Assembly: GCA_963707365.1 (NCBI GenBank)
Contig: CAVPPI010000004.1
Coordinates: 880,465 to 944,464, forward strand
Source: an uncultured candidate division Zixibacteria bacterium
Lineage (GTDB): Bacteria > Zixibacteria > MSB-5A5 > GN15 > FEB-12
Reading direction: 5' to 3'
DNA: 64,000 nucleotides
Below are positions 44,863 through 55,517 of the stretch, in pieces; the stretch's first letter is position 1, and each line of letters begins with the position of its first letter. Under the pieces are notes generated by a model. It searched no databases, was not told where the DNA came from, and worked only from the letters and a program-made list of their open reading frames with translations. The position numbers and the translations under genes were made by a program.

Positions 44863-47800
44863 TCACCCGACGGTGATGCCCGGTTTGTGACTCTCAGCCT
44901 GCCCGTCGCGGAAGGCTTTTACCTGTTCGGCGAACGCTTCCAGTCTTGTTTCTTCGCCGGAATCGCGCAACCCCTCGTAACTTATGTTCAGCCACGGCAC
45001 CGAACCGAGATCTTCGGAAATTTTCTTGGACAGAGAGGACACGACCGTGCCCGGCATACAGTTGAAAGGCATGGCGTTAACTACCCCGGATGCGCCCTGG
45101 GCGACCATCTCCATAGCCTTGCCTATTGACAGAACTGCCTCCCCCTTATAATCCAGTTGCAGATATTTCTGCGCCAGCTTGAGCGTTCGCTCTATGGGAT
45201 AATCATTCCATAATTTTCTGTTTCTGGAAAAGCTCCGGATTATTTTGTGTTCGTGTCTTCTCTGAAGGATCAGCTGCAGATTTCCTTTGAGGATACCTTT
45301 CAAGTTCAGATTGGCAATCGAATCTCTGCGATACGTGTATGATGTGTACAACGGCCATTCGGTGAACGTCGCCAGCCAGACTTCCAGTCCCAAACTTTCG
45401 AGGGATTCAATCAGATGATTATTGGAGAAACGATTGTTGCGCAAATATATCTCGCCCACCACGCCCACCAGCGGTTTTTGAGGACCACTGACTTCAATTC
45501 CGGCGAAATCGTCGGCTGCGCGATGTCCGAGTTCATCCAGTGACTCATCGCGCACGATGGCATTGTCAAGAAGTCTCACATAGTGCAGATAGAGCTTTTC
45601 GGTCTCGCCTTTGTGCACTTCGTACGGACGGGTGCGAAACAGGAGCTTTTGCAGGCAGTCAATAAACACCATGCCCCGCCACGCCATAGTGCGAAACGCG
45701 GTTCCATCAAGACCAAAATCGGCATAACCGTTCTTCGAGTTGGGTGAGTAAATCGGAACATCGGTGTACCCGAGATCATCGAGAATGATCCGGTGGAACT
45801 GGCTGTACAGACCGAACCGGCAAGGCCCGTTGGCTCCCGGCATGAAAAAGACCATCTTGCCGGGATCACCTTCGTTTGACCTTAACTTCTTGATCATGTC
45901 ACCGGTCGTTATGACGCACGGGAAGCACTCTTTACCGGTTGTGAATTTCTTGCCATACTCAAGAGTCTGTGAATCAGGCTCATCAAGAACCTCTGCTGTC
46001 AGCCCGCATCTCTCAAATGCCGCACGCATGGCATAAGCGTGGTCGCACATGTTCGGAATGTAGACGGTCTTCTCAAACGGCCGGAAATCATCGTCGGTAA
46101 TACTAAATCGGGAAACCGGCATCTTGAAATGGTAAAACCGAAGCGAATCTATAAAAGCCTCACAGCGTGTTATCAAACCGGCATCGGCCGAATGTTCATC
46201 GAGCTCAAGCTGCAGGTACGGCTTGCCCGCCATGGTCTTACGGAAAAAATGCGTGATGAACGAATCGGGGCCGCATCCAAAGGAAGTGATATAAACCGCA
46301 TACAGATTGGGATGCTCACGAATGTACTGTGCCGCCGAAAGGATTCGCTTGCCGTAACGCCAGTACATAAACGGCGTGTCGTCCCTCCCGTTTTCGACAT
46401 CAAGGAAATCAAGCGGAATGGCCTTTACACCGAGATTGCGGATCTTGTCGGGTAGTTCCAATGACAGTTTGCGATCGTATCCATTGTAAGGCCGGCTGAC
46501 TATAACCAGCACTTTCTCGTCCGGTGCCAGTTCTTTAAGGAGCTTCTCACCCTCAACCCGCAACTCTTTCTTGTATGCCTGATAGGCCTCCAGTCCGGCG
46601 GCCACGGCCCTGTTAAATTCCCTGTCGGAGAGTCGGAAATCGGTGGCAAGCTTTTTTAGTTTATGCCTGAGATCTCCGGCATCCTGACTCAAATGAATAG
46701 GCCGGTTGACAAACTTTATCCCGGCCTTGTCAAAATCGAACCTGGCTGTGATCGATGACCCTATCGTTTGAACGTAGGGACATATATAAGCACCGCTATC
46801 GATCTCCTCTTTTTCCTCAACAACCTTTATAAGCGAGGGCAGGAAGATAAAGTCGATTTGCTTTTCCATCAGGTTGGCTATGTGCCCGTAGACGATCTTT
46901 ATCGGGTAGCAGGTCTCGGCGCTGAAAAGCTCAAGAGCCTGAGAAACTATCTTCTGATTGGAATAATCTGAATTTACGATCTCATAGCCGGCTGACTCAA
47001 AAAATGCGCGCCAGAACGGATAGTATTCAAAAAAGTGCAGGACACGGGGAATGCCGACTCTTCCCCGCGTTTTCGATTTACGGGAGGAATCATAGTATCG
47101 CTTATAGGAGAGCTTTTGTCTCGCCTTAGCGTAGTCGGGCGGAAGGTTGTCTTTCTGCTTGCGGTCGATCTCGTATTTTTCACACCGGGCACCGTAATAC
47201 AGCGGCTGTTCGCCTTCAATCTCCACTTTATGAATCTCACACTGGTTAGCGCAGTCTCCGCACGGAAACGAATCAAGTTCATACCGTTTCTTATAGAAAT
47301 CGAATCCTTTGAAGGCGGTTTGGAAACCCGGCTCATCCAGCTTTTCTTCGGCCAGTATCGCGGCGCCAATAGCACCGGTAACATCATGATGCGGCGGTAC
47401 GGTGACGCTCTTTCCGGTTAATTTCTCAAAAGCAGCTACGACAGCTTTATTCCAGGCCACACCGCCCTGAAAGAAGATATGGTCGCCGACCCGGCGGTCA
47501 CCAACGACTTTCGTAAGGTAATTGCTCGCAATGGAGTAGGCCAGTCCGGCTAAAAGGTCGTCTTTCCCCGCCCCCGAGCGTTGGTGCGCTACGAGGTCTG
47601 ATTCCATGAAAACAGTACACCTCTCCCCGCATCCAACAGGACAGGTGGCATTGAGGGCACGATCGGAAAACTCGGTTTCGATATTAATGTTGAGCTTTTC
47701 AGCTTGCTCCTGAAGAAATGAGCCGGTACCGGCGGCACACGCTTTGTTCATCTCGAAGTCGATCACAGACCGATTATCAATTGAAACATATTTTGAGTCC

Positions 47801-49080
47801 TGACCCCCAATCTCGAATATGGTATCCACACCGGGGTCTATATCTATCGCGGCCGTTGCTTGCGCGGTGATTTCGTTGCGCACGACATCGGCTCCAATCA
47901 AGTCGCCAATGAGATATCTGCCCGAACCCGTTGAACCAACAGCCATTACATTCACGCGGTCGCCGACCTCCTCGCCTATTTCTTTAAGGCCGCGGCGAAC
48001 CGCCTCAATGGGTCTCCCCTCGGTCATCAGATACCGCCGGGCTATTACCCGATGGGCCTCATCTATCAGAACCAGATTGGTGGAAAGCGAACCAATGTCT
48101 ACGCCGAGGTAGACATCGAGATTATCGATATCCTTTGGTTGAGCATCCAGAGTAATATCGTAGTATTTCGACTCAGGAAAGTCGAAAGTCAGCGCATCAC
48201 GGTCCGATTGGGCCACGCTGCGGAATTTGAGATATGCCTCAATTTTGTCAAAGCTTAGATTCTCGACAAAAGCTTCTTCATCACGAGCAAGAATAGCAGA
48301 ACCAATCGCCCCGATAACATTATAGTATTTCGGGACAATCAACTCCCCTTCATTCAATTCCAGAATCTCGGTGAAGGCACGCACCATACCGGGATTGGCT
48401 GCCACGCCACCTTCAAAAACGATTGGTTTATCGAATTTCATCCCACGGGCTATTGAACTCTTGAAATTTCTGGCTACCGCGAAGCACAACCCGGCCACAA
48501 TGTCATAATCGGGTGTGGCAATCTGCTGCAGGTGAATCATATCGGATTTTGCAAAAACCGAACAACGACCGGCGATGCGAGGCGGGTTTTTCGACCGGAG
48601 AGCCATCTGGCCGAATTCATTCTCGATAGATATCTTGAGCCGGTTGGCTTGCTGGTCAAGAAACGATCCGGTGCCCGCTGCACACTGGGCATTCATTGAA
48701 AAATCTTTGACAACGCGCTTGTCGCTGTCGAGAATTATCAGCTTCGAGTCTTCTCCCCCCATCTCGACAACCGTACGGGCTCCGGGGACAGCAAAATAAT
48801 TTCCGGCCGCAATGGATGCTATCTCTCCGTAAAACTTGCCTCCCAGCACGGATGACACCGTTTTCCCACCTATACCTGTCAGGCCGAGCTTGATGGACGT
48901 TCCATTGAGATCGCTGAAGTGTTCCTGCAGCAATTCAAGCATCGTCTCAAACGGCCGTCCGTGAAAACGCCTATACACGCTACGGGTCAGCTTGTCCTGT
49001 TCGAACAGTGCCAGTTTAACTGACACCGAGCCGACATCAAGCCCAAGCGATTTAGTTGTTGGTGACATATTCCTAATCAA
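44863..49080 (-). CDS. Fused double BadF/BadG/BcrA/BcrD-type ATPase (acyl-CoA dehydratase activase-like) + DUF2229/dehydratase-like C-terminal region
   Basis: There are two activase modules. The first has LGLDVGSVSVKLA, GGEDSK, MNAQCAAGTGSFLDQQ and RCSVFAKSD. The second has LGVDIGSLSTNLV, GGQDSKY, MNKACAAGTGSFLQEQ and RCTVFMESD. They are followed by CGDCANQC and about 750 aa of CoA-enzyme-activase/HgdB-like region. Confidence 0.75.
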   Translation of the reverse strand: MIRNMSPTTKSLGLDVGSVSVKLALFEQDKLTRSVYRRFHGRPFETMLELLQEHFSDLNGTSIKLGLTGIGGKTVSSVLGGKFYGEIASIAAGNYFAVPGARTVVEMGGEDSKLIILDSDKRVVKDFSMNAQCAAGTGSFLDQQANRLKISIENEFGQMALRSKNPPRIAGRCSVFAKSDMIHLQQIATPDYDIVAGLCFAVARNFKSSIARGMKFDKPIVFEGGVAANPGMVRAFTEILELNEGELIVPKYYNVIGAIGSAILARDEEAFVENLSFDKIEAYLKFRSVAQSDRDALTFDFPESKYYDITLDAQPKDIDNLDVYLGVDIGSLSTNLVLIDEAHRVIARRYLMTEGRPIEAVRRGLKEIGEEVGDRVNVMAVGSTGSGRYLIGDLIGADVVRNEITAQATAAIDIDPGVDTIFEIGGQDSKYVSIDNRSVIDFEMNKACAAGTGSFLQEQAEKLNINIETEFSDRALNATCPVGCGERCTVFMESDLVAHQRSGAGKDDLLAGLAYSIASNYLTKVVGDRRVGDHIFFQGGVAWNKAVVAAFEKLTGKSVTVPPHHDVTGAIGAAILAEEKLDEPGFQTAFKGFDFYKKRYELDSFPCGDCANQCEIHKVEIEGEQPLYYGARCEKYEIDRKQKDNLPPDYAKARQKLSYKRYYDSSRKSKTRGRVGIPRVLHFFEYYPFWRAFFESAGYEIVNSDYSNQKIVSQALELFSAETCYPIKIVYGHIANLMEKQIDFIFLPSLIKVVEEKEEIDSGAYICPYVQTIGSSITARFDFDKAGIKFVNRPIHLSQDAGDLRHKLKKLATDFRLSDREFNRAVAAGLEAYQAYKKELRVEGEKLLKELAPDEKVLVIVSRPYNGYDRKLSLELPDKIRNLGVKAIPLDFLDVENGRDDTPFMYWRYGKRILSAAQYIREHPNLYAVYITSFGCGPDSFITHFFRKTMAGKPYLQLELDEHSADAGLITRCEAFIDSLRFYHFKMPVSRFSITDDDFRPFEKTVYIPNMCDHAYAMRAAFERCGLTAEVLDEPDSQTLEYGKKFTTGKECFPCVITTGDMIKKLRSNEGDPGKMVFFMPGANGPCRFGLYSQFHRIILDDLGYTDVPIYSPNSKNGYADFGLDGTAFRTMAWRGMVFIDCLQKLLFRTRPYEVHKGETEKLYLHYVRLLDNAIVRDESLDELGHRAADDFAGIEVSGPQKPLVGVVGEIYLRNNRFSNNHLIESLESLGLEVWLATFTEWPLYTSYTYRRDSIANLNLKGILKGNLQLILQRRHEHKIIRSFSRNRKLWNDYPIERTLKLAQKYLQLDYKGEAVLSIGKAMEMVAQGASGVVNAMPFNCMPGTVVSSLSKKISEDLGSVPWLNISYEGLRDSGEETRLEAFAEQVKAFRDGQAESHKPGITVG

Positions 49081-49196
49081 CTACTCCCTCCAGAGTAAGG
49101 CAAGCTAATTATTAAGGGTAGGATTGGTCCGTTTTTAATTTTGTTGTCTTTATAGAAAGATACGGTATATTCCGCTCCTGTGTAGGCAAATTTATA

Positions 49197-49640
49197 ATGC
49201 GATTAGTGGTACAGAGGACATCGGGCGCAGAAATTGTCATTGATGACAACGTTTTCAGCACAACAGGCTCAGGCTTATTGGTGCTGGTGGGTACCAAAAC
49301 AGGCGATACGGAGCAATGCTGCTCAAGGCTTGCCGACAAACTGGTCAATCTGCGCATATTCGAAGATTCTGAGGGAAAGATGAATTTGTCTGCGCTCGAT
49401 GTTGGCGGCGAGATAATGATTGTCTCTCAGTTCACCCTCTACGCTGACACCCGGAAAGGCCGACGTCCGGCATTTACTGATGCGATGGAGCCGGTTGAAG
49501 CCGAAAGATTATACGAACACTTTGTTGAATTGGTCAGGGCATCAGGACTGAAAGTGGCCACCGGAGATTTCGGTGCCAAAATGGATGTCCGGTTCAATAA
49601 CATGGGACCGGTAACGATTATTCTCGATTATGACATATAG
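49197..49640 (+). CDS. dtd: D-aminoacyl-tRNA deacylase
   Basis: MRLVVQR..., SQFTLYADTRKGRRPAF and NMGPVTIILD, 147 aa. Confidence 0.9.
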   Translation: MRLVVQRTSGAEIVIDDNVFSTTGSGLLVLVGTKTGDTEQCCSRLADKLVNLRIFEDSEGKMNLSALDVGGEIMIVSQFTLYADTRKGRRPAFTDAMEPVEAERLYEHFVELVRASGLKVATGDFGAKMDVRFNNMGPVTIILDYDI

Positions 49641-50235
49641 ATACCTCACGCAGCTTGCCGAAAAGTACGAAATCATCCTGGGCTCGGGTTCTCCCCGCCG
49701 GGTAGCGCTATTGAAAGAGACTGGGATTTCATTCGAGCAGACGATCCCCGACCTCGAAGAACAACAGCTACCGGGTGAGAAACCGTACGAATATGCCGAA
49801 CGCCTGGCGCAGGACAAGGCTCTGCTCATATGCAGGAATCTCAAAGACAACCAGATCGTCATCAGCTGTGACACCATTGTCGTGCTGGAAGGCGAAGTAC
49901 TTGGTAAGCCTACTGATGAGGATGATGCCTTTAAGATTCTGTCGATGTTGGCCGGGAAGCAGCATGTCGTGTGCACTGCTCTGGCCCTGGCCGACCGGTC
50001 CGGCATCATGCTCAGCGGCTACGAAACAACAGACGTTTTATTTAATCATATTTCGCCCGAACAGATTAAGAATTATATTGCCACCGGCGAACCGATGGAC
50101 AAAGCCGGCGCCTACGGGATACAGGGCATGGGGGCATTTTTAGTTGACAGTATCGACGGAAATCTGGATACTGTCGTTGGGTTTCCCCGCAGGTTATTGG
50201 AACGTCTGGCAAACAAGATAGTTGAATCGGAGTAA
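49630..50235 (+). CDS. maf: Maf-like nucleoside triphosphate pyrophosphatase
   Basis: ILGSGSPRRVALL and DKAGAYGIQG, about 200 aa. Confidence 0.9.
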   Translation: MTYRYLTQLAEKYEIILGSGSPRRVALLKETGISFEQTIPDLEEQQLPGEKPYEYAERLAQDKALLICRNLKDNQIVISCDTIVVLEGEVLGKPTDEDDAFKILSMLAGKQHVVCTALALADRSGIMLSGYETTDVLFNHISPEQIKNYIATGEPMDKAGAYGIQGMGAFLVDSIDGNLDTVVGFPRRLLERLANKIVESE

Positions 50236-50254
50236 CCCTCACAACCTGAAGAAT

Positions 50255-51193
50255 ATGAGTGAATTGTACAAGAAATTTGGTGAGCTGCTTAGGATTGAAA
50301 GAAATCGCAAGTCGCTCAAACTTGAAGACCTGTCCGACCAGCTAAAAATTTCAGTCACAAATCTGGAATATATTGAATCCGGCGATGTCGGCTCCCTCCC
50401 CTCTCTGATATATTACAACCTCTTTGCCAAGTCATACTCCGAGGCACTGGGAATTGACTTTGAACGGACAATCGATGCCATCAAAGAGGATTTGGGTGAG
50501 ATTCTCCAGAATGGTGAGCCGAACGCAGCCAAACCCTCGGCAGGCAAACCACAGAAGAAAAAACCGGCAGAAGCAAAAAAAGAAACCGAAAACGACGAAA
50601 GCGCGATTTCAGTCAAGAAAATGCTTTACATGTTCGGGGCTATCGTCGGTGTCTTTATAGTCTTCCTCGTAATTTACTTAATCTTCTTCTCTCCGGACAA
50701 CCAGCCGATTGGCGAGCCAACAGGCACATCCGAGATAGCTCAGCCGGCTGACGACAAAGCTCAGACCGAATCCACCGATGAAGAATCTTCTTACAACTGG
50801 GACGTCCCACAATATGAGGTTCCACAGAAACTGAGCCTCAGGCTCACCCCGAGAAACGAAAGCTGGTCGACGGTACTTGCCGATGGCGACACGGTGATTT
50901 TCCGCAATCTCATACCGGGACGCGTGTACAATGCCGAGGCTGACTACCGCCTGATAGTATCGGTCGGGATACCATCACAGGTCGATATCGAACTGAACGG
51001 AAAAATAGTAGATCTGAGCGACCGCGAAACGCGAAGAATCTCAAGAGTCGAGATAAACCAAATAAATCTGGATAGTTTTCTAAACAGAGACGCCATTGAA
51101 TCACCACCTCCCGAAACACCAAATCGACCCGCCATCCAAGGGCAGGACGATGCCGCCGGTGATAGTGGCGGAGTCAGCGATGATGAAGCTTAA
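50255..51193 (+). CDS. rodZ: RodZ-like cytoskeleton protein (HTH + TM + DUF4115)
   Basis: An N-terminal XRE-type HTH (LGELLRIERNRKSLKLEDLSDQLKISVTNLEYIESGD), a Lys/Pro-rich linker, one TM helix and a C-terminal beta domain. I prefer the ATG at 50255 over the track's TTG at 50222. Confidence 0.7.
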   Translation: MSELYKKFGELLRIERNRKSLKLEDLSDQLKISVTNLEYIESGDVGSLPSLIYYNLFAKSYSEALGIDFERTIDAIKEDLGEILQNGEPNAAKPSAGKPQKKKPAEAKKETENDESAISVKKMLYMFGAIVGVFIVFLVIYLIFFSPDNQPIGEPTGTSEIAQPADDKAQTESTDEESSYNWDVPQYEVPQKLSLRLTPRNESWSTVLADGDTVIFRNLIPGRVYNAEADYRLIVSVGIPSQVDIELNGKIVDLSDRETRRISRVEINQINLDSFLNRDAIESPPPETPNRPAIQGQDDAAGDSGGVSDDEA

Positions 51194-51734
51194 GAGCATA
51201 GTCGCTAACATGAAGCTCCGGCAGAATGCTCGCCGGATGGAACCCGAACCGGTGGAATTCCCCCGTTCGCTCAAACATCCCAAGCACATTCTGGTGTGTT
51301 TACCCGGCGGCCTGAGAGAACTCACGCTGGTAAAACAATTTCTCCCTGCCATTACGGACCTGTTCAAACCTGCCGACATTGCCCTTCTGTGTGTCCCCGG
51401 GATGCGGGTAAATGACATGTTTCCCAGAAAGGGTTTTCAGATTCTCTCACCCACGACCGACCAGTTGACATGGGCGGGGCTTCCCAAGAAAAGCTATCTC
51501 GACAGCCTGCATGAAATGAAAATCGATCTCGTTTTAGATCTCAATCTGGAGCAATCCAATTTTACTTCGAGTATATTACTCAGTTTCCCGGCGGCCGTCA
51601 GAATCGGACGGGGTAACCACCTCGGGAAACCTTATTATAACCTTGAGATAAAGACCAAGTATTTGCGGGACGAACGCAATATATATAAATCTCTGCTGGA
51701 GACAATCAAGCTGATCAAGAACTGTGATAACTGA
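51183..51734 (+). CDS. Hypothetical protein (weak resemblance to the N-terminal half of GT9 heptosyltransferase-like proteins)
   Basis: ILVCLPGGLRELTLVKQFLPAI...DLVLDLNLEQSNFTSSILLSFPAAVRIGRG. The start is uncertain (51183 or 51210), and the track's upstream extension overlaps rodZ. Confidence 0.4.
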   Translation: MKLKSIVANMKLRQNARRMEPEPVEFPRSLKHPKHILVCLPGGLRELTLVKQFLPAITDLFKPADIALLCVPGMRVNDMFPRKGFQILSPTTDQLTWAGLPKKSYLDSLHEMKIDLVLDLNLEQSNFTSSILLSFPAAVRIGRGNHLGKPYYNLEIKTKYLRDERNIYKSLLETIKLIKNCDN

Positions 51735-51771
51735 GATTCGTCTTTGCGGTTGACAACAATTTGGAGGCGCT

Positions 51772-54700
51772 GTGTATCTTAAGAAATTAGAAATAATCGG
51801 CTTTAAGTCATTTGCCAATAAGACCACGATAAATTTCTCCAGCGGCATAACAGCCATCGTCGGACCCAACGGTTGCGGGAAAACGAATATCCTCGATTCC
51901 CTGCGCTGGGTTCTCGGCGAGCAAAAAGTAACGATGCTCCGCGGCAGCAAGATGGAAGAAGTCATCTTCAACGGCACTCGCGATATGAAGCCGCTGGGTA
52001 TGTCCGAGGTCACGCTGTCACTCGTCAACAATCGCGGCGTTCTGCCCACCGAGTATACCGAGGTACAGATTACGCGTCGTTTATTCCGTAGCGGCGAGTC
52101 CGAGTACCTGCTCAACAAGGTCCCCTGCCGTTTAAAAGACATCACCGAATTGTTCTATGACACCGGCGTCGGGGCGCATTCCTACTCGGTGATTCAGCAG
52201 GATATGATCGAAGCGGTAATATCCGACAAAGCCGAAGAGAGACGGTTCTTATTCGAAGAGGCCGCCGGTATTACGAAGTACAAACAACGTAAACGTGCCG
52301 CTCTGCGAAAACTCGAGGCTACCGAAAACGATTCCCTGCGTCTGAACGACATCTTCTCCGAGGTCAAGACACAGGTAAATTCGCTTCGTCGCCAGCAAAA
52401 GAAAGCCGAACGCTATCAGCAGATAGCCGACGAGATAAAAAGCTGGGAACTCTACCTGAGCGCCAACAGGGTTCGCAACATCGACCGGGAAACCAGGGAA
52501 CTCAAGGCTCAGCGCGACCGGCATACCGATCAGCTATCGGGCAAGAACACGGCCATGGATGGTCTGTCTTCGCAACTCGAGAGTGACCGCAAAGAGCAGA
52601 TCGACATAGAACACGAACTGACAAATGTCGGCAACGAGGTTTACGAGATATCGGAAAAGGCGCATGGTCTTGAGAGAGACATCTCAGTACACCGCGAGAA
52701 GAAATCCAACGCCGGCACTCTGATCGAACGTAACGGCAACGATATCACAGCCCTTGAAAAACGCGCCGAACTCCTTTCTGAACAGGAGCGCGAGGCCGAA
52801 ACACTGCTCACATCGCAAAAGCAGGAACTGGAAGCGATTGAGACCGAGCTAAAGCAGGCCGAAGAAATCCAGGCCGAAGCCGATCGCAAACTTCTGGGCG
52901 CACGCTCCGCAAAAGAACGTGAAAACCAGCAACTGGTTCAACTGGAAGGACAGCTCTCATCGGGGAAGACCGAAGACGATACCCTGCGCACGCAGATCGA
53001 TGAACTGAAGGAGAGCATTACCTCGACTGAAGCATTGCTCGAGCAAACGAAAACCAACAGGGAAGAACTGAACCGGAAAATAGAGACGCAGCGCGCCGAG
53101 GTGGCCAAACTTGAAGAGCAACGCCGTATCAGCGACCAGACCGGTGCGGAGTTGGCACAAAAACTAAGAGACTTACTCGAACTCAGCGATGAACGCACGC
53201 AGGAGATTTCCAATCTTCAGGCCTCCATAGAGGCCTGTCAGGCGCGTAAAAGCCTGCTTGAAGAGATGATGCTTCACTATGAGGGTTATGAGTCCGGAGT
53301 CAAGGCGGCCATGGATGAGCGCAGCCGTTGGCCCGGCATCTACGGAACGGTAGCCGAGAAATTTGTGCCGGTCGAAGGCCTCGAGGTTGCCGTGGAAGCA
53401 GCCCTCGGAGAGATGGCCCGATTTTTGATCTGCGATAACCGGTCCACCGGCGAATCAATAATCAATTATTTGAAATCCGAAAGCAAAGGTCGCATTGGCG
53501 TACTTGTCCCGGACACAGGTACTATCACACCGGCGGTAAAACGCCCCGAACTCGATATGCCGGAATTTGTCGGCTGGCTCGATAGCCTCATCCAAACCGA
53601 TGACCATCTCAGACCGCTCATGCAGGCTGTCTTGTCGCGGACTGCCGTCTTCGAAACCGGTTTCAAACCGGATGAAATTCTTCAGCGTCTCCCCTACGGA
53701 TTCCAGGCTGTCTCGACCAGCGGCGATGTCTACAGCAAGAACATCATTTCCGGTGGCTCTGATGACCAGTTGCCGCTGTTCCGTCGCCGGGAAAAAGTCG
53801 GCGAACAGGAAAAGATGATTTCCGAACTCGACCGAAAACTGACAGAAACTAATCACAGCAAAAGCATGGTGACGGCCGAGATCGCCCAGGTCCGTTCCGA
53901 ACAAAGCAACCTGGCGGACAGCCTCGACTCACTCACGGAAGATACTGATGCCGCCAAGTCGCAACTTCAGGAAATTGAATACGAACTCCGCAGTCTCGAG
54001 GGCGAAGCCACCCGTCTTGAGAAAGAGAAAAAGAATTTTGCCGACAAGCTCGACAAGATAATACACCGACAGTACACCCTCGGACTGGATTTCAACCAGC
54101 TCACGAGTCGCCGGGAGGAACTGGCTACCAGTATCGCCCAATCATCGGAACAGTTGTCGACTCTGGAGCTTGAAGCAACCCGGGCACAGCAACGCCTCTC
54201 CGCCCTGCAGGTAAAGCAGGTGGAATCCCGCAGCAGAATTGACCAGACGGAAAGCAAACAGAGGCATCTGGCTGAACTGCAGGCCAACATTTCGGCCACT
54301 ATCGAGGTCAAAGCGAAAGAAATCGAGGATGCCAGGCAACAGAAAGTTACCTCCGATGAAAGCATATCCGCACTCGAGGCCGAACTGAAGAGAACCTTTG
54401 ACGCCAGACAAGAAGTGACTGTTCGTCAGAGCTCGTTAAGAGCAACGCAAGGTGAACTTCAGCAGAAAGTCGCCGCAAAAGAAAAGCAACTCAAGGAAAT
54501 CCGCTCCGAACGGGAGAAGATTGGCGACGATATCCATCAGCTTGATATCCGGCTCAATACAATCCAGGCCGAAATGAACAGCATCGGTGAAAGAATTCGC
54601 GAAGAATACGAGGTGGATATAAAAACAGTCGAGGCGCCCAACCCGGACGAGAATATATCCGAAGAGCAGGCCCGCAAGCTGTTAACCGAACAGAAAGAGA

Positions 54701-55512
54701 GACTCAAATCATTTGGCGCCGTTAACCTCCTGGCGCTCGAAGAGTACAAGACCGCTTCTGAGAGAAAAGAATTCCTCGAAGCACAGCTTGCCGACCTAAC
54801 GACCGCCAAGGAAGATCTCCACTCGACCATCACCAAGATCAATCAGACAGCCAGACAACTGTTTCTGGATACATTCAACCAGGTCAGAGTCAACTTCAAA
54901 AACCTCTTCGTGGAGCTGTTCACGGGTGGTGAGGCCGACATATTCCTAAGAGACCCCAGTGATCCGCTCGAATCCGATATCGAGATTATCGCCCGCCCGC
55001 GCGGGAAGAAACTTCTTTCAATAACGATGATGTCCGGGGGTGAGAGAGCTCTCACTGCTATCTCGCTTCTCTTCTCGCTCTATCTCGTGAAACCATCGCC
55101 GTTCTGTATACTCGATGAAATCGACGCTCCGCTCGATGATGCCAACTGCCACCGGTTCTTGCGCATTATCCGTAAGTTCTCCGAACAAACCCAGTTTATC
55201 ATCATTACGCACAACAAAATCACGATGGAGGCCGCCAACAACCTCTATGGTATCACCATGGAACAGTTCGGTGTATCTAAAATCGTGGCTGTCAAGTTCA
55301 CCGATGACGAACAGGAAGGGGACGCGGCGGATCTCGTCATTACCGACGACGAAGTTGAAATCGAGACCGAGTCCGAGCCTGGAAACGGCCATTCCAAGTC
55401 GGTCGAAACAGAGAGCGTTGTTGATAATCTGGATGATCTCCCGCCCCGTGTCGTGGAGCGATTGAACCGACCGATTGGCAGCCCCTCCACAGGGGAAGAT
55501 CAGCAAGATTAG
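51772..55512 (+). CDS. smc: Chromosome segregation protein SMC
   Basis: Walker A GPNGCGKTNILD, long coiled coils, a hinge, the signature MMSGGERALTAISLLF and Walker B FCILDEIDAPLD. The start is GTG. Confidence 0.95.
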   Translation: MYLKKLEIIGFKSFANKTTINFSSGITAIVGPNGCGKTNILDSLRWVLGEQKVTMLRGSKMEEVIFNGTRDMKPLGMSEVTLSLVNNRGVLPTEYTEVQITRRLFRSGESEYLLNKVPCRLKDITELFYDTGVGAHSYSVIQQDMIEAVISDKAEERRFLFEEAAGITKYKQRKRAALRKLEATENDSLRLNDIFSEVKTQVNSLRRQQKKAERYQQIADEIKSWELYLSANRVRNIDRETRELKAQRDRHTDQLSGKNTAMDGLSSQLESDRKEQIDIEHELTNVGNEVYEISEKAHGLERDISVHREKKSNAGTLIERNGNDITALEKRAELLSEQEREAETLLTSQKQELEAIETELKQAEEIQAEADRKLLGARSAKERENQQLVQLEGQLSSGKTEDDTLRTQIDELKESITSTEALLEQTKTNREELNRKIETQRAEVAKLEEQRRISDQTGAELAQKLRDLLELSDERTQEISNLQASIEACQARKSLLEEMMLHYEGYESGVKAAMDERSRWPGIYGTVAEKFVPVEGLEVAVEAALGEMARFLICDNRSTGESIINYLKSESKGRIGVLVPDTGTITPAVKRPELDMPEFVGWLDSLIQTDDHLRPLMQAVLSRTAVFETGFKPDEILQRLPYGFQAVSTSGDVYSKNIISGGSDDQLPLFRRREKVGEQEKMISELDRKLTETNHSKSMVTAEIAQVRSEQSNLADSLDSLTEDTDAAKSQLQEIEYELRSLEGEATRLEKEKKNFADKLDKIIHRQYTLGLDFNQLTSRREELATSIAQSSEQLSTLELEATRAQQRLSALQVKQVESRSRIDQTESKQRHLAELQANISATIEVKAKEIEDARQQKVTSDESISALEAELKRTFDARQEVTVRQSSLRATQGELQQKVAAKEKQLKEIRSEREKIGDDIHQLDIRLNTIQAEMNSIGERIREEYEVDIKTVEAPNPDENISEEQARKLLTEQKERLKSFGAVNLLALEEYKTASERKEFLEAQLADLTTAKEDLHSTITKINQTARQLFLDTFNQVRVNFKNLFVELFTGGEADIFLRDPSDPLESDIEIIARPRGKKLLSITMMSGGERALTAISLLFSLYLVKPSPFCILDEIDAPLDDANCHRFLRIIRKFSEQTQFIIITHNKITMEAANNLYGITMEQFGVSKIVAVKFTDDEQEGDAADLVITDDEVEIETESEPGNGHSKSVETESVVDNLDDLPPRVVERLNRPIGSPSTGEDQQD

Positions 55513-55517
55513 AAATC

